Part shown: one piece after another, positions 1 to 15,000 of the stretch
Layout: each line of letters begins with the position of its first letter
How positions within the stretch are numbered: position 1 is the stretch's first letter
NCBI RefSeq assembly: GCF_000315625.1
Contig: NW_005434664.1
Location: forward strand, 62,001-126,000
Origin: Guillardia theta CCMP2712
Taxonomy: Eukaryota > Protista > Cryptophyta
Direction: 5' to 3'
DNA: 64,000 nt
Notes under the pieces: model-generated
Databases searched by the model: none
The model's input: the letters and a program-made list of their open reading frames with translations, nothing else
What the model was told of the DNA's origin: nothing
Position numbers and translations under genes: made by a program

Positions 1-3000
1 CGTTTACTGTCGAAAAGGTAAAAGAATATGTTGATACGCAAAATCAACCAAGAGAGATTTTTGGAATAAGTTCTGTTGAATTGACAAATCATGGATATGC
101 ATTCAATTCGTTACCATCCATAATCCCTTACTATTTAGGCGGATTTCTCAACATGTCGCTTCAGGCTACAAGCACAAGTCTAAAGCTGAATTCTGAAGAT
201 GTTGCCAAACTTGGCATTGTTCCAGATTGTCAGCTATTGCTTGAAAACGAAATAGTTCTGGTTCAATATGTTGATGGAAATAATTTGACCATATCTAGAG
301 CACAGGAGGGCACGATTGCAGATTCTCACCCCGAAGGAACCAGAGTTTACCCATACCCACCGGAGATGGAGAACAGTATAACATCCCTGGTCGTGCTTGA
401 TGAAGGAATCAATTACATACCTGGGATCATCGTACTTGAAAATGCAGTGCATGGATTTGGTTTCAGAGCAAGGTTCAATGTCTCTGATGGCAAAATAAAG
501 CAGGATCTTATAACATTGTCGCGCCATGGAAGTGGCTTCCTTGTTGACCCTTTTGCTGAACCTTACTATGTTGACACGGCTGAAAAGATGACTGATTCTA
601 TTGTTTCGATTGATATATTACAACCTGGGAGAGGATATACTGTCGGAGTGATCGGAGCGACGGATATAAATGGGTCAAACTTCTCAGCCTCTTTTGAAGT
701 AAGCTCCGGGATTTTCGATGCACAAAATTCTTCAATAGTATTTGCAAGAGATAGAGGACAAATCGTCAATGTAGGGATTCTGCAACATGGGACCAATTAC
801 ACGCGTAATGCGAACCTTCAGATTCTCTATCCTGGTTCATCTGTACTCATGACGCAGTCATTGACTGAGGTTTTGCAATATTCTTTTGCTGATGTAAATT
901 TGGAAGGCTGTAGGGTGATCGCTGATGTGATTCATGCCGAAGATTCAACCGGGAATGGTCTGAGGGCTGTTGCCCAGCACGTTACGTCGAAGGCATTTCT
1001 TCTTGAGCCATATTCTTTCATTGTGAAAAGCATTGGACAAACTTGCGATTTTCCCAACGCAAGAAATTACATCTCATTGACACTTGTTACCAATACGAGA
1101 TTGACATCAGGTACTACGATATCTATTTTTGGATTGACTGGAACAGCGTCAGAAACTTTGAATCTTGCAAATTTCAAGGATTATGAATGCAATCAAGCTA
1201 TCATGCAGTGCCCTTCCCGTCTCTTTGACTTCGGTAATGCCATATGGTCAATGCAGTCAGGTTTCCTATCGTTTTCCATAGCAGAGGGACAAAACTTTGA
1301 ACCGTATCATGCATATAAATTTACGATGGCTGTGCTGAATGGGCCACAAGCCCAAGATTCTCCCACTGTACGAATTGCTGCAGACGGCGAGAATTCTATT
1401 GCAAGGACTACGATGGATTCCGATGTTGAGAGCGTGTTGGGATTCCTCGGATCCACGATTGGAAATGCAGCTCCTCTTTACATTCAAGATCAAGGATTCA
1501 TTGCTTTGGAAATCAGCCAGAGTCAAAAAATGCCAGACAAGATCAATTACTTGACAATCGGTTTTGCCTCCAACATAGATATAGCTGTTCATGAAAACAG
1601 TGCGATTCGTTTCGAAATCACAGGGATGAATCTATTCCATCTAAAGAATTTGTGCGATCCGAACAGTTTGTTGTGTCCCCTGGAACTTTCTGGTACGTAT
1701 GCGCATATGTTTGAAGACATCACGTCAAATCAATCTGCGATTGCCAATTACAACATTTCAAGCAATATTGTGTACCTGAACCCTACAGCTTCAATTCAAT
1801 CCAACAAACTGATTGAAGTGGTCATCAAGGTATATAACCCACCCTTGAGTCAAGACTCTCCCACCATGTATATGGCATGCTACAACCTCTCTGCCAACGG
1901 AAATCCCATCCTTCCAAAGACGGCTGCAAAAAGCAGTCAACTTCCTTTCTACAAGAATTATACAATTTTACGCTCAAACATATCCAGTGAACCAAGTACT
2001 TATTTCGGTAGCTTGATTGTAAGTGAATCGACAGAATCAGGTCTTGTAGAAGGAGTTTATATTTTAGTTGATCAAGAAATCATGTACGTGACTGGTACAT
2101 CTGGTGATAAGGTGTATGTGAGCAGAGGACAAATGGGATCTCAAATACAAAAGCATTTTGAATTTCAAACTTCTGTCAGAAGAAAAGTTGATGGCTCAAG
2201 TGGATCTGATTTTTTTCAGACATTCACCAAAGTGTATGTGCTGGAACATGGCACCAAACTTCAGGACAAGTCCGTGTTGAAGGTAGAGGCATGCCGTTTT
2301 GTCTTGTACAATATCAAACAGAGTTCGAAATATCCTGGGTCTTCAAACACGATTGAAATCAGACTACAATCATCCTGTGTCATCCAATCAGGATCCCGCA
2401 TTGAAATAAGCGGGATTGATGGAGCGATTATCAGACATGGTATCAACTTCTTTTCATATTCTGAATCATTTTCAGCTTTTGATTCTGGTCCCAATGGAAC
2501 GTTCTACTGGAACCAAAGTGACAGAATCATGTCTTTTTATTCATTAAGAAATATTACAGAGTTTGAAGATATCATTTTTAATTTTACAGTTCTCAATTCT
2601 ATTCGCGAAAGACCTTCTTGTAATGCTCAAATAGCTTTATTGGGCGGTGATGCCGTCTTGCTAAATGATCTTCCACCGCCTAAAACGGTGTTTCTTGTCA
2701 GCGATTTGAACCCAAACGATGCCACAGTCTTTGTCAGCAATCCTAACGATGGACTTGCAAAAGGAACCTACATCAAAATAGGGTTTGAAATTATGCAGAT
2801 TCAAGAACTATACTCCACTATTTCTCGAGATTATGTCGATGCTCTGTCAAACGTGATGTACCTGATATCAGTTAGCGAAGTTTCACCAGGTGTTCTGCTC
2901 AAAGTAGATCAAGAGCTCATGAGAGTGCAGTCAATCGAAGGCAGTCTGGTAATTGTTTCAAGAGGAGAATATGGAAGCATTGCAGCTCCACATGTATCTA

Positions 3001-6000
3001 TGAGTACTTGCTATATTGGTAAAATATTGGTGAAAAGAGGAATCGCGAATTCGCTTTCCTCATCGATTCATTATAGTCGGAATTCTTCGACTCAGATTTA
3101 TCAGCTCAGTCTTTCTACAACTGCTATGAGCATTTCCAAGCCTGTGGGCTCTTTTCTTACAATTGATTGCGAAGATATTGCCATACTACATTTTTCTCCG
3201 ATCAGTGGAGAATATCAACTTTGCAGAGGGTTTGGTCAAACCTTTCCGTCGGCGCATGCACAGGGATCAAAAATCAGGAGCTGGTTTGTCAAACGAACAT
3301 CATTGATGACACTTGATCAGGACTCGATCTTAGAAACATCAAAATTGGCCAGCTCAATGAATGAAAATGACATCTGTGTTTTGACTTCATCCAGCGTTTT
3401 GTCGGCAATTGTTGGTTCTACCATAAGAATCGAAGAAGAATACATGAAAGTCATAGAAATACAGAACAATTCATATCTTTGTGTTGAAAGAGGTCTAAAC
3501 AGTGCTCCACAATTTCACGCAAATCTTTCGGTGGTGAATATCCTCAAGTTTGATTCCCACACCGATGACCCATCACCTATGAAAATTGAATCTCTTGGCC
3601 TGTCGATTTTCAAAATCGAACATGCAAATCCATTCCCTGGTGCAACAAATCAAATTACAATCTTGTTAGTCAGTACAGTCAACTTTGGTGGAATGCAAAT
3701 GTCATCCACTTCAATCAGCAACACGATTACAATAAGTGGAATCAAAGGAATCAAACAGTCAGATCCTCGTAGTGTTGTGAGTACATTAGACATTGTTCAA
3801 ACAATCCATATGCCAGATGAACTTCAGGCAATAATTACGTTTGACGGGTACAAGATCCTTGAAGCTGGACGACTATACAGAATATCTTTTGATGTCATTA
3901 ATCAAAATGCAGGACAACGCAATCCTGACTTGCGTCTTTCATACTCAATTTTTCCAAGGATAGGGCAGATCTTTGAATTGACTGAGGGGATTAGCGCAAA
4001 TGAAAGCGAAGTGACACTGGCTAACATTTCCCTCCCCAAAACTTACAAAGGAGCATTCTTCTTGATCAATAGCGAGGTTTTAAAAGTGATCGATGCTATG
4101 CCAGATGGTATTCTCAAGTTATCTAGGGCAGAATTGGATACAAAGGCAGGAAATCATGTAGCTGGCTCGAGAGTATATTTGATGCTGATGATTAAGAATT
4201 TCGGAGGATTGAATGTGAATGATACTACAATTCTATTCTGGCCCTATTTTGATTTCGCGCTGAGCTACCCTAAAGATTTCCTATTTAAGGCAAATGAAGA
4301 ATTGATGTCGGTGCAATCCGTCTCCGGTGGGTACATGACCGTGAATCGCGGATTGCAAGGATCAAAAAGAGTCTTTCATCCAGAAGACACGCTGATGATT
4401 CCCTTTGTGACATCATCGAGCACGATTCTTTCCAATGATCAAAGATTGAGTGTAGGACAAGATTCTGAGTCTGCTCTTGGATTTATAATTTCCAATATTG
4501 GACAAAGTACTGCAGATCCAGGAGTTACAAATTATATTACAAGCACATTGGTACTCAACTCAAACTTTTTGGGAAAAGACTTGAGCTATTTCCAGATTTC
4601 AGGACTTCGAGGCACTCTAACCGAATCAACAGGAACGAGCGTCGTACTCCTAACAGCGCTTGATTTTGTCCAGACAGAAATAGCTGTCACTTCAATCAAT
4701 AACGCTGGTTTTTATGTCGACTGTTATCTTCTAATGAATGAGGAGATCGTCAGGATACAAGAATTTGCAAATACAACGCAGAAACAAGGATATATCACAG
4801 TAGAAAGTACTTATTCATTTGGATTTGACGTTGGACAATATGTCCAGGTTGAGAATGAAACTATGCGGATAAATCAGATTGATATTCATAATAATGCTTC
4901 AATTTACGTAGATAGAGGACAACTTGGCTCAAACAGGGCTTTGCACCAACCAAAGAGTACCATATTGCTGCTTCGGTTCGGAACTCTTAAATCCGAGTTG
5001 AATTCAACCACAGATGTCATCAATATATATGCTGGAGGTTTGCTTGGAAGCCTGAGTATAAATCAGCGCTGCTTACAAATAGACAATGAATTCCTCAAGG
5101 TTATAAAATTCATTGACTCAGAGCATGTACTTGTACAAAGAGGATATGCAATCTCAAACCGACAACATCATGACAACGAAAGCATCATTTATTTAGAGCC
5201 ATCTACGATTCTTGAAGATGACATCCTATTAGAAGCTGACATGCAGTCATATTATGAAAATTCTTCGTTGGCTAACGTTACATCAATCAACTCTACGTTG
5301 AATACAAGTCTCAATTTCACTGTAAACGTAAGCGAGTCTCTAGCACAGTACACACCGGGAGTAAATATTATCATTCCAAATACATCGTTCTCATTTGGAG
5401 TTAGATCTTCTTTCATAGGAAGAATAACTTCAGGGTGCTATTTGCAAGTGAATGCTGAAATCATGAAAGTAATTTCGGTCGATTCAAATAATGTGACAGT
5501 CCGAAGGTGCATGCTTGGTACATGTGCAGAAGGTGTTCCAATTCACAGGAAGAATGATGTTGTGACGGCTATTCGTAGTACATCTTTATCCTCTAAGCTT
5601 TGGTCTACTCTAACATACATGAACCTTACAAGCATGGAAGTTGCTGGAGTATCAAGCAATATGTACGTTAAGATAGGCAGTGAGATAATCTACATTGCAT
5701 CAATTGGTTTCGATGATCAAAGCATCTTACAGATTTCACGAGGACAAATTGGTACAGTGGCACAGGATCACGAAGTCAACTCTACTGTACTCCGGCTCGA
5801 TATTGATGTGCTGAATGCAAATGTTGGAGAGACTGATTTGCAGATACAAACCCGCATATATTCGAAACAGCCAAAATTGAGCCAATATGGATTCAAGACA
5901 GGAAATATGTTTAGAATTGACAATGAGATTTTTCGCATAGAGAGCATAGATAGTGGATTCATTAGAGTTGCCAGAGGGCAGCTTGGAACAAAAGCTGCCT

Positions 6001-9000
6001 ATCATGCAAACGGTACCATTTTAGAAATAGAAAATTATGCATCATTAGATCAAGTGCTGGATTCGAGTTCCACAAACTTTACATCTGGCTCCTTCGAACT
6101 TTTGTATGGTGCCATTGTTGGCAGTATCGTCCAAATAGAGAATGAACTTATGCAAGTAACTGAAATCACAGAAACAACCGTGAAAGTGAAGAGGGGATAT
6201 TTTGGTACAGCACCTGCCTATCATGAGTTTGCAAGTTCAATATTCTTATGGAATCCGATTCTCTCCATGTCGAATATATTGCGAGTGGAACGTAACAGCT
6301 TTTCAACCACACCAAGTCGACATACGAGGGGGACACTGGTTACAAGCATAATACCATTTTTAGGCAAAGTGGGACAGCAGTCTGCATTTTTCAATTATGG
6401 CATTTCAACATGGAATCAAACAGAGGGATCAGCAACAATAAACTTTCTTGGAAATACAACATTGAATGGATTTGGACTGCAAGAACAATTCCTCAGGGTT
6501 GAAAATTACTCACTGGCCTTCCTGCAAGGTGGAAATTATATCAAAATAGATCGAGAAATTCTCCAAATTATCAACATTTCTGGGGAAACTTTGTTTGTAA
6601 ACCGCCGTCAGGCCCTGACGTCTTCTACTCCGCACACAGAATTCTCAACAGTACAAAGGCAAGACTTATCTTTGGTTTTGAAGTCCATGAATGAGAGTGA
6701 AACAATACTCAGCTTTGACCCCCCTGCGATATTCCTCAATAAATTAGAAACCTATCTAACAATTGACGGGGAGATCATGCAGGTCACAAAACTTTTAAAC
6801 AATATTTCAGTGGAAGTAAGACGAGGTGCGGCACAAAGCAATCCCAAACCAATACGCCAATACGCGGCAATATACATAGCGAAACAATCTATTCTATCCT
6901 CTGACATCACCGATGCGTCAGCAGACACAATATTCCTACAGTCCGTCTCATCTTGCGGTGTGTTCGTTGGGGACTATATCCAGATTGATGACGAAGTCTT
7001 GCTCATTCTTGCCATCAGCCAAAACAATCTGTCGGTCTCCAGGGGTGCAAGCTCGAGCGCAGCTACGTCACACACAGCAGGAGCTGCCGTCATTGCTATC
7101 CGCAGCACCGCGATCGTGCAGGGATGGAATTTCCTGGAAACCGCCACGAAGCTTCTGCTACAATCGTACGACATGCCCTCTATACAGGTCGGTCGCTTCC
7201 TTCAGATCGAGGACGAGATCGTCCTGGTGACCAACGTCTCGACCGACGGAGTAGAGACCGAGAGAGGAGTAGGGCAGACTGAAGTCGTGGCACACGCCGG
7301 GGGAACCACCGTGACTGTGGTGCTCATGACCACAGTCATCAGAGAGAGCCGGATATGGCACAACGATACGGCTATACGTGTTTTCAACACAAGTGTGTTC
7401 GAGATATCTTCTGGTCTGTTCTTGGAGCTCGAGGACGAAATCATCCTCGTCAGTGATGTCAGAGCAGTATCCGACGCGGTCTTGGAGCTACAGGTAGTGA
7501 GAGGCTTAGCCGGAACATACCCCAGAGAGCATGCAGGTGGCTCGATCGTCAAGCCGACGACAGGCGCTCGATTGACGGCAGATGTGACTGCGACGGACGA
7601 TCGATTTGCGATCTCATCCAGCTTTGACATTCCAAATCTGGAGCAGGGAGCATATCTGCAGGTAGGGGAAGAAGTGGTTCGAGTGGAGGAGGTCGGTGCG
7701 GACTATTTGTTGATTTTAAGAGAACAGAGGAAGAATTTCTCCATTGGCAGCATGTTGCTCGTCATAACGACTTCTCACGTGCGTAGCAATTACTATCTCA
7801 GTGATAGCTCTGATGTTCTCAAAGTCTGGTCTTTTAAGGAAGCAACAATTTTTGAAGGTATGGCCGTTCAAATAAATGAAGAAGTTGTTTTTGTTGAAAG
7901 TATTTTGGACGACACCACTGCTATTGTGAGGAGAGGATTTGCAAACACAACTGTGAATGCTCATATGTATTCAAGTGTGGTGTACAAGGCAATGGTAGTC
8001 GGTCAAGAATACGTCTTTTCATTTCCTCTTCAAAATCCAAATGTTTTCAACGATATTTCCACAATATCTCTTAATGCTCAAGGTACATGGCAGTGGACAA
8101 ATAACATGTCGTCAGATACCAATAGTATCTTGTATAGCTACTCCTGTTCGATGGATTGGATTCCTTGCAACATCAGCTTGATTGACCAACCATCTGAAAC
8201 GCAATTATCCTTGCCTATGCTAAGTTTTATACTTGCAGAAGATTTAGGACTGAACTCTACATTTGCAATCGTTGCAATGGATTCAAAGTCACATTCTGCT
8301 CAAATTGGAGAATACTTTCAAATCGATCAAGAAATTGTGAAAATAGAAAAAGTGGAGATTTTGACCGAAATCCAATTCAATGTCACTTTGCAACGAGGAA
8401 GTTTCGGATCCTCCATCACAGGACACGCATCCTTTTCCCAATTTCACACTTGTCAAATGAATTTGCTCGAATTTGATTTCTTTGATAACTACATGCAGGA
8501 GTGCATTACTGTTGAGAAAGAACGTATGCTACCTTTTGCAAGAACTGGTGAGGTTGTTTTGGTTAGACGAGGATTCCGATCAAGTGAAATAAGTGATCAT
8601 CCCTCTCAGAGCGCTGTATCGCTCTGTCTTGTCGATATCGTTGTGGGCTCATCCAGTTATTTGCCCTTTTTCACTCCAGGCAAATTCGTGCAAGTTGATG
8701 AGGAAGTTTTCCAGATTCAAAGCAAAGCTTCAAATCGCCTGACGGTAACAAGAGCGTCATTGAACACAAGTGTTGCGCCTCATGCGTTGGGTTCACCTGT
8801 ATTCCTTGTGGCTTCTGGGTTTAAATATGGTGACTCAAAGCCCCTGAAAGTCAACCCTCCGGGATTTGTCATTCGAGACATAGGTCAAAACAATCCCTTT
8901 CGGTCCTCTGCAATATTAGACAGAAATCATTTGTCAATAACGCTTGTTCCAAATGTCAACCTGTATGGAAATTCGAACACCGTCATCACCATCTCAGGTA

Positions 9001-12000
9001 TCAAATCAAACTCTCCTTGCGGAGAAATTTGCGAGTCTTATTGCAGATCCAACAGGAACCTCAATTTGATATATGATGCCAGTGTTCAGAAAATATTTGG
9101 AAACTCGGGGAACTGGCAGATGATTTCCAGTCAAGGTTACCTTCGACTCACAATGCAGTCTAATTTCGTTTGGCAAAAAGACTCAGCCCAGTACTTCGGA
9201 TTTGACATCTATAACCCACAAACTTCTACAAAGAACATCACTTGTCCCCCAGCTGATGTGAAAGTTTCGGTTTCGACACAAGATGGACTTTCATATCAAG
9301 CTTCCATGACCTATGGATTAATCCAGTCTCCAGCACTTGGTCTCCAATCAGCCGATTCCGCTCCGCTTCAAATATTGCCGTGTACAGAAGAAGATTGTGT
9401 TCTGCTCTCAAGCGTAGGTCAACAAACTTACTTACCTTCGGTTGAAAATACGATCACCGTCACTTTGTCATTTCGTGCACAAACAAAATATCCATCTTTA
9501 CCTAGCTGTGCTTCTCCATTTTCAAATGCTTTTGCCATCACGATTACAGGCTTGACTGGAGCAACCACTGATGCAACAGGCATTATTCAGGCAGATGGTA
9601 AAATTCCTCAATACAGAACATATCTGCAAGCAAGCTCTGGGAGTATCGGTTCGAATGCAATCTCTGACACTCAGGTGCAAGTCTCAGATCTGCCGAATGT
9701 AGTGCTTCAGGTTGGCCAGTACATTCAGATTGATTCAGAGATCATGAGGATTTTGGATTATGACAGCAATAATGATGGAGTTATCGGGGACTTAACCGTG
9801 GAGCGTGCACAAATGAATACAGATGCAAGCAGACATTACAATGGTGCCGCAGTTGACGTAATATTACCAGTGTTTGACGTCTACAAGTGCACGTCCTTTA
9901 GTATAGATGGCTTGAAGTGTTATCAGTGGCAACCGATATCAGCATGTCAAAATGGAAAGTGGGACAGGTTGAGTGGCACCGTGATTGTTGGTATAACGGC
10001 AGATTTGCGAGCAGGCGAAGCATTCAAGTTTTCTTTTAAACTTCTCAATCCAAATGACGAACAACAAAGTCCACAAGTAAGCATTAGCGCGTATGGGTTA
10101 AGTTTTTATGAAGCGGATACAGTCCAACATAATCAGATTCAATCGCAAAGAATGAATCGAGACTCTACCACGTTAATCAGAATACCGCAATCAGAATACG
10201 GCTTTGCTCAACCTTTATTTTGTACTGGACAAAAGCTCCTGCAGGCTTCGATAGGTCAAAGTTCGTATTTGCCGAGTGCGGAGAATGTCTTGGCGGTGAC
10301 ATTGACTTCTTCTGTAGCGATTGGAGGAAGGTCAAAGAGTGAATTTACCATCACAGGACTCCATGGCTTGACCATGGCTCAAACAGAGACAAATATTCAG
10401 CTGGAAAGTGTCGTCATTCTGCAAGGATATATCAAAGCGCAATTAACATCAACTACAATTGAGATGAATCACTATATAGAATCCTATTCAAAAATATACG
10501 TGGGATACTACATACAAGTTTGTTGTGACCAGGCCGGACTCAGTCAGACAAGGCAAATCGTCAGTCACGATTCTTACCACGTGCTTGTAATCGATTCACC
10601 GTTTTCCATTGCCTTGCTATCTCCTATCTCCTTCAAAATAGTTTCGGATGTGTCTCAAGTCTTAAGTATCTCAGCTGAAGCTTGGAACGAGACCTCGGGT
10701 GTGCTGATACTCAGCACCGACCCAAGTCAATCATTGGTGTTGTTGGCTGGGAGATCGTTTGCATTTCAATTCCGCATGATCAATCCCGCTTATGGAAGGA
10801 ATTTTTCGAGCATCAATTTACAATTTTCGAACGCTTATATTTGCATTGGTGGTGTGCACAGTGGAATAAGCTGTCAAAGTTTGGAAGATATACAAACCTG
10901 TGGTCTCGATGGAGGTTGCGTTGCAGTACAGATAGTTCCAACCAAGCTTAGTTTTGATCCAAATCAGCTCCCCTACAAGAGTTACTCAACATTGCAAAAT
11001 TACATTCCTGGTAATTTCGATGCCGTCATCACTTTCAATATAAGTAATTCATCAAATCTCATGATGTATCAGAGTCTACAGCTTGGAAGAGAGCTGCTGA
11101 AGATCTTGACAATTGACGGAGCAACTATAACAGCCTCGCGCAATCTCGATGTCTCAATTGTAACTGAACACGTTGAAGGATCAATGATCTATGTGATCCA
11201 GCCAGGAGCCTTTCCAGGGGACATTGCTCCACTTCAGATACGGTGTCGTGGTTTTGCAGCCTTGGAGTTGACCATAAATAGCAGCACTGCCTCGGCCCTC
11301 AATCAAGTCGCATTCTTCTTTGTGCGTTCTACGCTACTTCCTGCTAGAACTGAAATAAAGCTGACAAATTTTGAAGTACATTTGAAATCGGAAGATAGCA
11401 TTCTCAAAATACAAGGTCCAGGTGCTTTTGGGTTTGCAGCCAACGTCGATGGAGAAAAGGGGACTGCGTTGTGGTCAGAGGCAGACAAAACTCTCAAACT
11501 CTATGCGATGGAAGATGTGGCACCAGAAATGATTGTCGGGCTCTCGTTCATTGGTTTCAATAGCATTTACTCCAAGCAACTACAGAACGTGCAGGTCATG
11601 GTCGAAACTTTGACTGAAGCTTACGAATTAGCCATTTTGCAATCCGGATCTTCGAATGTAATAATCAATGGGTTGTCGTCCTCGATTCATGCACAAAATG
11701 CATCTTTCTTGGACACAAGTTGTTTTTCAATTCGAACTCTTCTGAGCGAAAATAGATATCTCGTACTCAAACCTCTGCTTAATCAGCAACTCTCAATCAG
11801 TAATGTCCTGCCATTCATGGCCACTAATGTCAGCATCACATTCAGACTGTCTATTGCTGTATCTGACGATCATGGAGTCAACCTTACGATATCGGGTTTG
11901 ACTGGAATGCAAACGCCTAGCACGGGAGGCATTTCTTATCTCCTCTATGATCTATTCAGAAATGATAGTTCCTTTGAGATTGACACAGCTTCTGGAGCAC

Positions 12001-15000
12001 GGATATCTTCAGGGAGTTTTGTGAGGATAGACCATGAAATCCTTGGAGTGATCAGAGTTGAAGGTGACAAACGAATTTATGTCAATAGAGCTCAATTTGG
12101 TTCCAAACTCTGTGATCATCAGCGAAGAACAGAAGTCGAAGTTGTTTTACCTATCTTTCGTGAAAACAACAACAGTCAATCGATTGCAACAACAGCTAGT
12201 ATTTGGAATCAGGAAAGTGGAACGCTTGTCATCAGCCCACAGGAGATTGGATTCATCTCGAGAAATCTGAACAGCATTGAAACTCACTTTGAATTAGATC
12301 TGTATGATGAATCTAGCATTCTATCAGGGAGTTATTTTCAGGTTGAGAACGAAATTTTTCAAGTGCTGAACCAGTCAAGTAATGCTGTCACTGTTGTGAG
12401 AGGCGTCTACTCCACCTGTAACACCTTTCATGCTTCCGGGTCAAAGGTTAGTGTGGCACTACTTCCAGATGTCCCTTACGAAATTTCATTTCCATTGGTG
12501 CAAGGGGCTTCGCTTTCACCTATTTTACCGCAACTCTCCATCGCTTTACAATTTCCCTTCGAGTATTTGCCGCAAATTGATCGCGACTCTATCCTCGGCT
12601 TCAAAGGTTCTCAACCTGGTGATGCTGCAGCCCTGAAAATCTTATCGGCTCAATTCACGGTACTCACAGCATCCCAGACGAACCCTTACCCAAATGCTTC
12701 CAATCTCATTAAGGTGACGTTTGGCCTTAGTATAGACATAAACAGTTCACATTTCAGCATTCGCATTTTAGGGCTAAATGAAAGTCAGAATTCCGAGGAT
12801 GGTGTTGTTCATGTTGTCCCCGTCCCATATCAAATCCAGTCAGGAGATATTGAATCCTTTGAAGGGACAATAAGCTCGTTTGTTGTGGTGAATTCTTACA
12901 CCTCAATAGTTGGATGTCTCGTCTCGGTGTCGTTCAATCAAAACATTCATTGGCGTGAGATTGTCAACTATGATAGCAATTTTACAATTTTGCTGAATGA
13001 GAGTATCTATTTCCAGAATGATACCAAGTTTTCGTACTCTATTTGGAGTGTACTGCCTTCTCTTTCAACGTATGCTAGCATTCACCACGGAATTGTGGAG
13101 CTCCAATGGAATGGAACGCTCCATAAGGGTTTGCCTTATTCGTTTGCACTCCACATTCAGAATCCAATGGTAGATCTCAGTCCCGGCTTGGTACGATTGT
13201 TCTGTGAAGTCAAAATGGATACATTCAGTGTGCTACAGGAAATATCTCATGACGATTCTGAAATATTGTTCACTTCGGTCTTAATTCTGGAGGAGGATGC
13301 TCCTTCAAGTGCGCTTTTCTTAAAATGTGAATGTCTAAATAACAAGTGCTGCACAAACTATTCAAGAATTTTACTTTCCTCCATAGACAAAGTCTTCATT
13401 GGTAATTCAATCCAAATCGGAGACGAAAAGATGACAGTCATTGCAACTGAAGATGAATATGTTCTGGTGAGCAGAGGGCCAGTGTTATCTCACCATCCAA
13501 AAGGCTCGCTTGCTTACATTCTGAGAATTGGACCCTCACGAGGATTGGTTGTAGGAAGCTTAAACATTCAATCACAATTGTTGGGGCTAGAGGACAGATT
13601 TTTCAGCGTGAAGTTAAATTACCAGTTGTCCCAAGGACAGCTGTTCTTCATCGATGATGAATTGATTCGTGTGATTTCAAGCAATGTCTCGTTGATCGAA
13701 GCTGACAGAGGGGTAGCCGGGAGCTTGCAAGCTGATCATTCAAACTCGAGCACAATCCAGTTCCCTTTGGTCTCTGGTTTACTCTTCACAGAAGACTCCC
13801 GACCTTTGAGGGTCTATAACCCCGAATTCGTCCTGCGAAATATTGGGCAAAGCAACCCATTCCCTGGATCCAAAAACAAAATCTATGTGACGCTTGCGAC
13901 AAATATTCAACTCAAATCTGATTGCCAAATTCAAGTGAACAATCTTGCTGGATTGAACATATCGTCTGGAAACTTGACAATTCATGATTTTCATGAAGGC
14001 TCGTTTGGAGTTTTTGGATCAGAAGTATTCTCTACAGGAGATAAGATCTTTGTGTACATTGCAAATGAAAAAAAAATGGAGACCGACCTGCCTTACAAAT
14101 TCTTTTTTGAGATCAGAAATAACCTTCAAGGATTTGATTGGATTCAACCTGAAATTTCCGCAAATTGTTCCGACTTTCATATTGAAGGGAAGCCAATGCA
14201 TTCTGATCACATTTCTGTTCCAAATGTATTGGGCAGTAATCAAGGAGATGCAAGGCCGTTTTATGTTGCTCCTCCTGCCTTTGTCTTGAAGGAAATTAGC
14301 CAGAGTACGTCGACAATAGGTAATGATTTTCTTTTTGTTCACACACCGTGTTATTGATGTTTGGTCACAGGTGGAAAGAACAATATTTACGTAACGCTAG
14401 CTTCGAATTTCAATATCCTCGGTGGATCAAAAATAATACTTGAAGGGCTGCGAGGCGTGGTTTTAGAAGAGCTCACGACAATTGTTCAAAACAAGGTCAC
14501 AATAACATCTGGTTTTTTTGTTGCTTTCAATCAGACTGCCATAAATTTGAAAGCAAATGAGCAAGAAATTGATTACTATAAAGGATGTGAGATCTTACTT
14601 TTTACTGAGTCAGAAGAAAGTAGAGTGGAATCTAGACAGATAATTGCTTTCATGGGAGGGATGGCGTTTTTGAGTTCTCCTCTAAAACCAACACAAATGA
14701 ATGGCACATTTGTAATTCAAACGCAGATTTTGTCTGAAATCGATGACGTGGCTCTGTGGAATGAAACTGTAGAATCTCTAACCGTGACTGTGAAGGCTGG
14801 GGGAGCTTTGAAATCAAACATGACTTACAGTTTCCGTTTCCTACTCACAAATGGTTTCACTCTGCAAGATGGTCTTACTATCAATGTGACCGTGAAAGGA
14901 GGTATTTCAATCGTCTCAAGTCCAATGCGGAGTACCGCTGGATCAATCCTCAACATTTCAATCCTAGACCATGGAAAAGATTTCAGCCAAGACCCACTTC

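Noticed and set aside
14355-14363. TGA read-through or selenocysteine between the two in-frame giant ORFs, tempting because SBP2 is next door
   Set aside because: A canonical 51-nt intron removes the stop and restores the repeat consensus; read-through would insert a non-consensus peptide.
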